The notes under the pieces are model-generated. The model saw only the letters and a program-made list of their open reading frames with translations, was not told the origin of the DNA and searched no databases. The position numbers and the translations under genes are program-made. A stretch of 64,000 bases of DNA. It comes from the human T2T-CHM13v2.0 reference genome, Homo sapiens. The DNA is taken from NCBI RefSeq assembly GCF_009914755.1, contig NC_060931.1; one strand, given 5' to 3'. Below, piece by piece: positions 27,900-39,420 of this stretch (its first letter is position 1; every line of letters starts with the position of its first letter).

Positions 27900-28400
27900 T
27901 ATGCAGGCAGAATGGTGAAATGAGCTTTGAAGTGAGGTCACTTTGAGTTCAACTCTCAGCTCTGAGTTCTGCGGCTTTTTAATGATACCTTCTTGGACAA
28001 GTTTCTAATCCCACTTTGTCCTGTTCCTTCATCCATAAAATGGGAATATTAATGGCCTATGAATGATATGTCAGACTAAACGTTTAACATATCTCTGGAA
28101 GCACAGTGTCTAGTAGAGCAGAGAATAATAATCACATCTAGCAAACGTATCTTTAACCCCTTAAAATGTGTTCATTCATCTGTCGCAGCTTGATGAGTTG
28201 GGTAGTATTATTACTTCAATTAAAGATGATGAAACCGACAGATAAAATAAGTAATTTTCCAAAGCTAGATAGTTAAAAAACAAACAAACAAACAAACAAA
28301 CAAACAAACAAACAAACAGATAAGTAGCAGAACCAAACAATTGGTTTTGTGTACGTCTAGAGCACACATTCCTGGCCATGAGGCTATCCTGCTACCCAGA
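27900..28400. mobile_element. Two MIR fragments in opposite orientation, with an (AAAC)n repeat at ~28277-28318
   Basis: catccataaaatgggaatattaat (+) and aaagatgatgaaaccgac (-). Confidence 0.55.
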
Positions 28401-30229
28401 GCCACAGGTATTCTTGGCCTACTCTTATTCATCTTGACTGGCACTGGCAGTCAGACCTTGTGGGAGTTACCCGTCCTCTTGTGGAGTTGGTGTAAGCCTG
28501 TTGGGATGTTAATGGGAAATGATAATCCTCCATTTCCCTTGAGGTATGAACAGGAGACAGGAAGGATTTAAGAAAATAGATCACTTTACAGAAAGTCACA
28601 AAATCTCTTTTCTGGAGATTTTCAACAATATTATTTGAAATGGTTTAGGAATTTCTGAATGAATGTTACAAATTCTCATGGTGCCCTTTGAGGCCTATAT
28701 TACAAAATTTGATTTTTTAATTCATTGATGTATGATTCAGATGTGTTTCCCTTCATGCAGAAAATGAAATAGCTGGTATCCTAAGTGGGAAAGAACCCAG
28801 AATTTCTAAATTAGGCTTCTATTTATATTCATATATTTTGAAAAAGTTTTTAAAATTTTGTTCTATAGGCATTTAAATGAGACTATGCCTTTTATAGTTA
28901 ATGAGGGGGCTGTGCTGGAACAAAGTTTGAAATATCTCATTTTTAAAGCCCTTTCTGTGACTTTAACACATTCTGCAAATTTTGGTTAAAGTAATTAAAT
29001 GTCTATCCTAACACTCATAGCATAGACATATTGAGAGATATTGAAGCATGACAGGGAAAAAAAAGGAAAGAAAGTGACAGGTCAGCAAAGGAGGAACAAC
29101 TTACTAGGCTTGAGGCACTGCTCAGTATGTATTATCTGATCCCCAGTATCCACACTGGAATATGATGACAACTCTATAAAGGCAGCTCCCAGGATCAGAC
29201 TTGGGTGTGGGTGGAGTGAACATGAATAAGTGTGTGAAAGTTTTTTCCTGGCTGGACAGACATTTTGCCATTTTGCCAAAGCCATGTTCTGTGTCGAAAA
29301 GATGAACTCCCTGTTCCTGATGCCGTCACATACACCAGGAAGAAGTAGGAACACCCTGGAGCCAACGCTTTTGCAAAACCAGACAAACTCTTGGAAAAAT
29401 GCCTCTAAATCCTGAGTTCATCCTTGTGTATAAAATCATTCTTCTGGGGTTTTGTATCAAGTTATTTAAATATCCTGAAACTGAGATAGGGAGATAGCAC
29501 ATTATAAAAATAGAAGGGGACTGGCCTTAAATGCTCATGTGGATCTAGTCTTGTGATGCTGTCATAAAATCAGTGACATGCAGTCATGCAAGAAGATGAG
29601 CCATCAAACTTCCTTAGCACAAAGAAAAATATCACAGTTTTCCCTTAAGAGGCCACCCCTACATCTCATCACCTTACAGTAATTAAATGTCTCTTTACAG
29701 AAAGTAAATGTTGATGACGACAGGTATGGGATATGCAAGAGAGAAAGAAAATGAAAACAATATTGCTCAAGTAGTTTAGCATCAGACATATCGAACATTC
29801 TCAACGAGTATCTTCCCCTTTACAAAAATCAGTTTTACAAAAATCTTAGTTCCTTTCCCTTTATAAAAATCCTCTCAATAGCCCTTAAATGTTATCACGC
29901 CCATTTTTCAGACACTGAGGCCTAACTACTTATAAATGATGAAGATGGACTTGATCTGTTTGACCACAACCCCACATATGAGCTTTCCACAACATCAGGA
30001 TGATTCCTCAGATTGTACTAGCTTTTCCAGAACGAAAGCAAAAAGCCCTTTTTCCTGCTTTTAATTGGTGTAGTTTCTTATTGAGATATCTGATTTAATG
30101 GCTATACGTTCCTCTCACAAGGCATTACAAAGTAGCACTTAAAAGTTTGGGCCTCTGGAGTTAGAGCTGGAATCCAAGATCTGCTAACTCCTACTGGAAG
30201 TTACTTTAAACATCTCATGCTAGGAACAG

Positions 30230-30450
30230 TAAGAAGACATTAAGAAGTAATGAAATCTAAAAAAGTATGGAGTTCAGTTAATAATAATATATTAATATTG
30301 GTTTCTTATTTGTAACCATACTAATGTAAGGTGTTAATAATAATGTTACCTTGGATATGTGGCATATGTGAATTCTCTGTACTGTCTTTGCATTTTTCTG
30401 TAAATTTAAAATTGCTCTAAAAAATTTACCTAAAAAAACAAAAATAAAAC
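30230..30450 (+). mobile_element. L1MC/MD 3' end fragment
   Basis: ccatactaatgtaaggtgttaataata...ctctgtactgtctttgcatttttctgtaaat. Confidence 0.7.
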
Positions 30451-31359
30451 TCTGTGTTTCAGTGCTCTCACAGTTTTCTTGTTAAAACTGAATGAATTAA
30501 TAGCTATTGAGTACTTAGTTTCTGATAAATGTAAAATGTGCAATAATTGTTAGCTATTTTTAAAGTATTAGCTATTTTGGAGGATGTTTGGAAAGAGGAG
30601 AGGGTTTGAGAAAGAAAGAAACTCTCATTTATTGGGAACGTACTCCAAGTGGCAATGGATTAGTAGTCAAACTAGAGTCCCTGCCTTCCTATGCACCAAA
30701 GGTTTGTGCAGCGAAAGTCTTACCAGGAATGTGCTTTTTAAGGTTAACAAGTATCCTTAGTTCTTCTAGGGAAAGTTTATCTGCCTGCTTCTCTCCAACC
30801 TGTCCCAAGTTACAAAGAAGGGTAAGGTGAGATTGAGGAGAAACACAAGAGGAATTAAACTAAGCCCGGAAGAGAGGTAGACGAATCACGCATACACACA
30901 TAAGTTAAAGATGTTTTGCTTAGACTCAATGTGACCCTGGTTGCTGCACTATGAAGCATGTTGGAAACTCAATATTCTGTTGCCTAAGACTCTCAGTCAC
31001 CAGTTGCCAATCACCAAATTCCCTCATCCCTCAATATTTGCCTCTCTTGCCTTTGGTTGCAATTTTCTTACATAGGATGAAAAATTCAGTGTAGTGCCAA
31101 AGAAAGAAAGCATATGTGAAAAGATAGCACGTTCATTAGGAAATGAAACTAGGTGTCAGATGAAAAGAATTAACGACTGAAATGAAGACCTATGAATCAT
31201 CTTGGGAAAGCTTCCATTTGGATGACCTCCACACATTGGGGAAATGTCCTCCATCCCTCTCTTAACTCCATGTTTGGTTCATTTTCTGATGTACTATTGG
31301 ATCAAAAAACAATGATCTACTAACTTCAGAAGATTTTCCAATAGCTGAAATTGTATATC

Positions 31360-31500
31360 GATCCCTTCCAAACTTGAAAGTGCATGCAAACCTCCCTAGA
31401 GAGTCTTGTTAAAAGGCGCATTTTAAATTCGATGATTCTGTCATGTGGCCTGAGTTTCTGCATTTCTAACAAGCTCCCAGACTTGTGAACCACACATTGT
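31360..31500. mobile_element. MER5A-like hAT MITE
   Basis: cttgttaaaa...ggcctgagtttctgcatttctaacaagctcccag. Confidence 0.7.
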
Positions 31501-31696
31501 TAAGTCAGGTTACAAAGAGTTACCTTAACATGCACTACATTGTCTGCACATGAAGACCTTAATGTCATCTGGTGAGTTTAAACTCAATATGGATGAGCAG
31601 TCCTATCTATTTTTAGGTAAATAAACTCCTAAATTTTGAAATTCTAAAGATACAATATAACTTTACATTTTTTTAAATAGAAATATTCACTTAGCT

Positions 31697-31855
31697 CAAC
31701 AATTCTCAACCCTGGCAGCACCACAGAACTCTTGAAAACTGCCATACCTCATCTACAGAGATTTGATGCAATTGATCTGGTGCAGACCTGAGAATCAGTA
31801 TTTTTTAAAGCTTGCCATATAATACTATCATGCAACCAAGACTGAGAACCACTAT
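31697..31855. mobile_element. MER5A1-like hAT MITE
   Basis: ttctcaaccctggc...gcaaccaagactgagaaccact. Confidence 0.7.
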
Positions 31856-32919
31856 AGAAGAAAGATGAGATTAATGAATGTCTTTCCAGTCTGGTTTATT
31901 CATTGATTAGCTTCCTTATGACACCCAAGTAAAACATTAAATAAGTCACCAATGGCCTCTAGAATTCAGAGATCAAATATACAGTGATTGTATATTTCTG
32001 TATACAGAATGTATATTCTGTATAAATACATTTCTTATCCTTTTCTTAGAGATTCACAATACATATGTTCAAGCTATATATATATAGATTATCAGGATTT
32101 CTGTTGAATATGAGAGGAAAGTCAGAACTCTGGAGCTCTGTCATCCAGCTAATTGAAGATGGACTTTGGGCAGACATTTGTGTAGATATTACACATCTGT
32201 GTAGTGTGTCTAAAGTCAGCCCTATCCAAAACCAATTGATCTCTAGAGATGACTGTGAGAATAACACCAGTGACAGAGAGTCTCTCTGGCCTAATTAAGA
32301 ACATGGATATCAAGTTAGTATCAAGGAAGTACACTCTAATAACACATTAATTGTAAGATCTTTAAACAGGGCTATCCTAGCCCTTGTTCCTCCTGCTGCT
32401 TATCTGAGAGGAGAAGAAAATTTAAAAGGTGTTTCAAACAGTAGGGAAGAGGCCTTGCCTTCCAAAGGAAATGTGGTATCTTCTGTGCTCAGCATAGGAT
32501 CCTGAATACAATCGGGACCAGCTGCTGGCCAAATTCTCCTTCACTCCACCCTTGGAACCAGGCCAGAGCTGGGCTTCAAAGTATATTTCAGTGAAAGTTC
32601 ATTTCAGCTTCATCAACAAACATGAGTGCAGCCAAGTAATGCTGAATTACCCTTATGTAAACAATGTTTATCTGTTGTTTCCCTTTGAAAATAACTATTG
32701 TGTTATTTGAATAAGCCAATAAAACATTGTTTTCCTTTGTGATTCCTATGTTTTATTTTTCCTACAAATTCCACCCATAAAACCTACTTTTAAAGGTTCC
32801 CAAAATTTAAAAACATTTAGTATTTTGCTCATGAATTAGAGTACAAACACAAAGAGGGATATTCTGTATTGTTGAATATTCAAGAGTGTTATGATAAGAA
32901 ATGTTACCACAAACATTTT

Positions 32920-33020
32920 CCCCCTCTCAAACTTCAGTTTCCTCATCTGTAGAATGGGGTGAAATCCATCTACCTGAGAGGATAATGAAGATTAAGTGAG
33001 AAAATAGTCACAGTATTTAA
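32920..33020 (+). mobile_element. MIR core
   Basis: cttcagtttcctcatctgtagaatgggg...gaagattaagtgag. Confidence 0.8.
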
Positions 33021-34679
33021 TAGGGCTAATGATTTCTCTGTCAAGGGTTACTTACATGATGCACAACAAACTCAAATTAAGAGTATTGTGTGCTCATTTT
33101 GTGCCTGACCCAGTGGTGGGGACGGTAGCATACTGAAAAAGAAATTTGTCATGCAAGTCAGGTTAACTCAGGAAACTTCTAGAGTCTGCATCCGACTCAA
33201 AGACAGAAAGATAACCTCTCATCTCCTACTCTCAATCTCAGTGATACTCATTTTGCTTTTAATCAGTGCAAGCAGACACAAGGGTTGGTTGCATTTACAT
33301 TTCCTTGATGGTCTTTACTTTTTTAGAATCAATGTTTTCCAAATGGGTTCTCATGGAGCCAAAAAACTTACTTGGAGGCGTTGGGTTGTGAGACATGAGT
33401 TCAAACAGGTGAGGCTGTGCTTCCACCACCACCAGAACAGCTTTATGCCTACTCACTTTTACTTACTGCTTTGGAATAAGGTTTCTACGGTGGAAAAGGG
33501 TTTTATAACTAACTTAAGAGTGATAACAATTGCTTTAAAGAACCACGAGCAATGAAGCACAGCCTACAACTTATATGAGTCCTCAATCATCAAAATAATA
33601 AATGTTTAAATTACCTTACATCTTCCTACAAACTCATTTAATATTCCTTCGAAGTGGTATGTTAAGTGGCAATTCGTACGTTAAATTTCATTTCCACCTT
33701 GACTTTCTATGTGCTTTCAGATCTTTGCTTTCACTTAAAAAGTTGTTTCCTGCTGTCTCATTGAAAGGCTTAATCAATAAAAATGCTTTTGCCAAGTTGG
33801 TTAAAATCCATATATTTTAACCTAATTTTATTGGGACATGCTAACTGAGCCATCATTCTGAGCATCCAACTGTTTAAAATGCACAGAAATTAAATCAAGA
33901 ACAGAAATGGCCACATGGAGATGCTTTCAAGGGCTGTACAAGGATCTCTAACATGTGCTCCAAAGTTTCCCTTAAATTGCTAAGTTTTTAAAGATATTTG
34001 CTGATCTCTGCACAGCAGCTTTTGTGTGTTGGCTGGCAGGATGACTTCAAATATAAAGAAATAGGCACTGGATAAACAAATTAAATTACAGTAACACTTC
34101 ATTAAATGCAAGGATGTGAGAGTTCATTCAATAAATATGGATACAACAGACAGACCTGTTAATGGAATTGATGGGTTAAGCATGTACCTTATTAAAAGAT
34201 TTGTGAATCTCAAATACTATTTCTTAAATATAAAATTCAAAATGTGCTAATGCTATGAAACAACTTTTTTAAAAACATTCAATTATTCTCTAAATTTGAT
34301 TCAGACCATTGTATACATTTGGACTGATTTTTTTAAATGATCACAGGGGAACAATACTGTGTTTTTGGTCAAGTTCACCTAAGTAGGTTAGAGGGGGAGG
34401 TACAATTTATTTCTCTTGTTTGTTTTAGAAAAAGCAAAGAAGAGAAAATATTTTTATTTTTTCTTTCTTTTTCTTTTCTTTTTGTTTAAATCAGGTTCTG
34501 ACTCTAGAAAGTGCTACAGGGGAGAATGGGTGAATTCTATTAATACCAATTATTTCAAGGAGTAAGCTACATTTTCCATAAGGTTATCATAAATCGACTT
34601 TTCAGTGTTTCTAAGAGACACAGAAAATTTGAAACCCCAATAGATTTCTCTTTGTTAAAGTTTGTTTTTATATGCCTGG

Positions 34680-35030
34680 AAATTGATGTGTGCAGGTCCA
34701 TCAGGAGATATGTAAGAGGATGTTCATCTTAGCATCTTTTTTGCTGGTGAGGAATTGGAGGGAACCTGGAAACCCCTTCATCTCTTGGAGAACAAATAGG
34801 TACAATGTAAAGGATGCGCTTTATGGAGATTGTGGAGCAGGTAGATGCTGCAGATTCAATTATGCATTGCAATGTAAATTGATTTTAAAGTCATAATGGT
34901 CAATGGAAAGTACAGAACAGAATGTGATATATAATACCATGCTATGTATGTAAACTAAAAATGTGTGCATTCTAAAAGAATACATATTTTGCTAGAGTAC
35001 CTATATACTAAAAAATGCATGCAATGATTG
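34680..35030 (+). mobile_element. Old L1ME 3' fragment
   Basis: atatgtaagaggatgttcatcttagcat...aattgga. Confidence 0.5.
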
Positions 35031-35486
35031 AAGAGACAGCTTATTTCAACCCCAAGCAATCAGAGGCCACTACACACAGGTGTCTAATGTTAGTCCTCAA
35101 CCATATGTTGTTTAAGAAAATCAAAGACACAAAACAGACAACTCACTGCTTTATCATCCCCTTTCCCTTTTCTGATATTTACTTTAAAAAAAAAGAATTA
35201 ATACTGAACATATACAGGATTCATGGAATAAAGGTCAAAGTTGGAAGTGACCTTGAAGCTAACTTAATTTAATCATCCCTCTGATATTTAAAATTTTTTA
35301 TAACATTTTCTCCAGTTGCTTGTCAAGTCAACACAGGAATACTTGCATTGAAGAGGGCTCCATGGTCTTTGAAAGGAGCACACATTTTCTATGAGTGTGT
35401 GAAGATACTCCCTAACAAGGAAACGAACTGGGGCATGAATAAGTCTAACTCCCTTTGTCCAAGACATTTTTTCATAAGATCTAAAG

Positions 35487-35676
35487 CAGTGTTTTCTCAA
35501 AATTGAGAAAAGGACCAATGGCATCAGTGGGAAAAGGAGAAAGTTATATTTTAAATTTACATTCCTGGGCCGCATTCCAGACCTACTGAGTCTCTGCATC
35601 AAGAAACTTGGATATTTAACAAGTCACTCACCACCACTAAGTGATGATTGTGTTCATGAAAGTTAAAGAACTACTA
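35487..35676. mobile_element. MER5-family MITE
   Basis: cagtgttttctcaaa...attcctgggcc...ccagacctactga...aaagttaaagaactact. Confidence 0.65.
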
Positions 35677-35678
35677 GT

Positions 35679-35921
<243 letters not shown>

Positions 35922-36399
35922 TCAATCACTGCTCTAAAACATTGGATACACACTGAAATTTAAATTGAAGAAACATAAATCTATTAGCTTATTTTAAGTT
36001 TAAAAGTTTTTGTTGTCGAAGAATGCCAAAAAATCAGGAATAAACTTAAAACATTATGGTTATAATTATGTACTTCCATTATAGCAATAAAACATTATTC
36101 CTTTAGTAAATTTCCTTATAGTTATCTAATTCAAAAAATTCCTTTTCCTTTCAATACTGTTGAAGAAAAAACAAAACAAACACTCACTCACTGGCAGAGT
36201 TGAGAGAAGGCATTAGGGATAAAATGTTCAAGTCTGGCACTGATGTTAATACTTGTCACATATATATGTATGTGTGTGTGTATGTGGGGGAGGGGCTGTA
36301 TACACCCACACGTATATGTAGGTATTTTACAAAAAAAGGACTTTACATGAAAATTCTGAACAAGGATAACCCTCTTTTAAAATGTAAGTTTCAAAGCCA

Positions 36400-38200
36400 A
36401 AATTCATTGCTCTGAGCTAATGAGAGGATTACTTTCCCTGTTGGTCATTCCTTCTCACCCTTAAAATTTGAAAATTTATAATTACGCTAAGCGAAACAAA
36501 ATAGGATAAAATATACTTTTTCTAACAACATCCAGTGGAAAGGGGCATTTAGTAACCAAGTCATTGTGTTTTGTAAGGCTGTTATCTTCCTCATTCATTC
36601 AGCTTTGCAATTTTTGGAATTCTGACAATGATGCTACAATCTGGGACTTGGGATTTGTAATATTTTTCTTTCTCTAAAAGTTCAAAGAAAACTACTCACA
36701 ATCAACCCACACACATTGACTACACACTCACAAATACAGGTGAATGTATGTACATATACCCAAACACAGCCTGTCCTTCTGAAGATAGAAATCTGGCCCT
36801 TTGGTGCATTACAAAGAACACTAAGGACCAAACTTTTTAGGGCTGGAAAATAGCTAATGTTCTTGCCAGAGAGTTAAAGACGGAATATCCCCTTTGTCAT
36901 AGCCAAATTTATGACATGGATCAAAAACTATAAAAAGCTACGTTGCATCCTGCCATTAAGGAGAATTAATATTTTCAGTGGTATGTTAACCAACATTTCT
37001 CCAGTGTCTCTCGTTAAAAGCAGATTGTTGACTTTTTATCGTGGTGTGCCAAACATTTTCATTGAAACCCTAACAAGACTTTCATCTTAGAACCATTATT
37101 TCTTAATGGACTTGGATAAGGGCAACGTAAAGGAATGGCTTTGCTTTGCAGCATTGTGGCATGTGGCAATGGCCTGTCATTAGCACATTGGGCCTTGCTG
37201 AATCATTACACATGTAGACACTTAAGGCATTTCCAGTGTGATTTGATTGTTTTCCCTGAAGCACACTTCATGTTTTATCTATTACGCTTATGCAACAGAG
37301 GTTCTTTTTCCACTTTCATGTATCTTTATTATGATTCTTTCTATTCAGCTGTTCAGTAAAAACCATAATAAATGAAATCATTCACACTCACACACACACA
37401 CACAGAGAACTTATTTTGCTTTTTTGTTTTTTACTGAGGATATCTATGAAATTTTTATCTGTGCTTAGGAAATCAATGCAACTTTTTAAAACCCCTGGGC
37501 TTCAACAACTTAGCAATAAACTACATGACATCAGTTGTTCAGATTCCTCAAATATATATATTTTCAAATAGCATTGTCTCCATGCAAACTGGAATCAGTT
37601 GTACTATAGCAAAAGAAGCCTGTAGTCTGGGAGACAAAAGGTGCTGTGTAAACAGCATGCCTCCTTTTTCTGGACCCTTCGATTTGGCTGAATTTGATAC
37701 ACCTGATGTGAAAATGATTGTGATATAGCTAGTGAGCTGATGTCGACAGGCTCTAATTTGCCCAATAGGCCTTCTTTTTCCTCAAATACATATTTAGAGT
37801 CAATGACAATTAAATCTAGAGATGGAAACTTTGGCTTTTGGCCTGGGCTCTCACTTGAATGTGTTGGCCAATATTTCTATTGAGTGTTTTATGATGTGGT
37901 TGATCAAATTGTGGGGTATGACTACAGGCCCTACCACTGATTCTGAAACTGGCAAGCTGAGAGTCACCTGAAGTTAGCTATCAGAGTCAGATAAACTGAA
38001 ATTTAAGAATGCATGGAGGAAGACTGGTTATCAAAGAAATAATACTTAATTCTAGAATCTAGATTTCATGGGGTTTAATATGCCTCCCAAGAAGTTTTAT
38101 GATTTGGAAACCTGCATGAACTAAATACATATCACAAAATCCCTTACTTGGAATATAAGTAAAGACATTCCATTTTTATTCCTAGGAAATAAAAGTCATC
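36400..38200. promoter_or_regulatory. Candidate enhancer (repeat-poor, homeobox/FOX motif-rich)
   Basis: ctgtcatta 37174-82, cacttaa 37219-25, tgatttgattg 37239-49, ttatgcaa 37288-95; no recognisable TE. Confidence 0.4.
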
Positions 38201-38214
38201 CCACTTCCTCTAAA

Positions 38215-38400
38215 GGTATTATTTCAGTTCAGATGCTTCTGACTGCAAGTAACAGATTTTCAAAACAAAAGTGGCTTTTAAAAAGAAAATTATCAATATG
38301 GCTCACATAAGAAATTCAGAGGTTTTCCTTTCCAGGTGGGTTAATTGAGCAACTCAAGTTTGCAGGGTCCTGGATCAGCACCTCTGCCATTTTCTTTCCC
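38215..38400. mobile_element. Old MaLR (MLT1-like) fragment
   Basis: tgcaagtaacaga...aaagtggcttttaa...tggctcacataa. Confidence 0.45.
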
Positions 38401-38619
38401 TCACAATTGCGAGGTATTTATAAAATTTATACCACCAGGGGAAAAACTATGAGAAAAACAAAATATTCAAAATGTGATTTTTTAAAAAAAATGGAGAGAA
38501 CACTATTAATACTATATTTGATGTGCTAAAATAATTTTAATTATTTTCGAATTCAAACCTGCTTTCTCTCACTTGAAATTGTTGCATAACTCAAAAGCAC
38601 TATTATAATTCAACCCAAA

Positions 38620-39420
38620 TGGTACGGTACTTCAATGAGCTGGTGAAATTGATTCAGGACATTAAAGAGATGTCGGCAAAGTTATAAATCGCTACTCTAA
38701 TCGGGAGTGAAGAGGTTAATTCAAGATTCCACTAAAAACAGACTGGCAGAAATGTTTCCAGGGACATGCGTATTTTTTTTTTCTTTTCTCTCTCTCTCTT
38801 TTTTTTACTCAGTAGGGGTTTGGAGAAGAGGTTTGGAAGGGAAGGAGAGGGCTGGTTCCAGGCCCCTTGCATTCCCCAGAGCCCCGTTAAGGAAGGGGGA
38901 GGGCTTCCTGCCCAGGCAGCCATCTGTAACATTCTATGAACAGCAGGAACCCGCGCTGCTCCAGTCCGTAAACCCGGGTGAGGATTCTGTCTGCATTCAA
39001 AGAAAAAACCAGAGGAGTTTTCCCTCTTATTTCTGCGTTCTATCTTTTTTTTCCCCACTATTATCTCTTGCGGGTGAGCAATGTAGTTGGGAGTCTCGGA
39101 AGTTGCTTGTATAAACAAACTATCATCTCAACGATATCAGAACAGTACTATTGAGAACTGGCCCAACTGGTACCAAAATGCCGGGCCTGCCTTCTGGAAT
39201 GTGCTGGCAGCAAGCTGGGAATGTCATCATCCCCGCTAATGTCACACCGTGGAACGCTTTCTGGGATCAGTGGACGTGTGTCTGATGTTCCCTTAAGTTA
39301 CTGCTTTCTAGGCTTGACTCAATTAGAGCTGGCTTTTTGGAAAGTGGTGTCATTTACAACCTATTTTATGAAAGTTATTTTTGTGCCTATAATTTTGGGG
39401 CTCACACGTCTGTTATTTCC
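38620..39420. promoter_or_regulatory. CpG-enriched (sub-island) candidate promoter/enhancer
   Basis: About 20 CpGs by eye in ~800 bp of non-Alu DNA; TEAD-type gcattcc/ggaatg at 38869, 39196, 39218; AP-1 tgactca 39315-21; FOX-like ataaaca ~39111. Confidence 0.5.

Noticed and set aside
31535-31547. ctacattgtctgc resembles miR-221-3p
   Set aside because: The match is only 13 nt, the flanks diverge, and there is no precursor hairpin.
33151-33555. 134-aa ORF with a hydrophobic stretch
   Set aside because: No recognisable family, and the 3' part appears to overlap a decayed DNA-transposon-like fragment.
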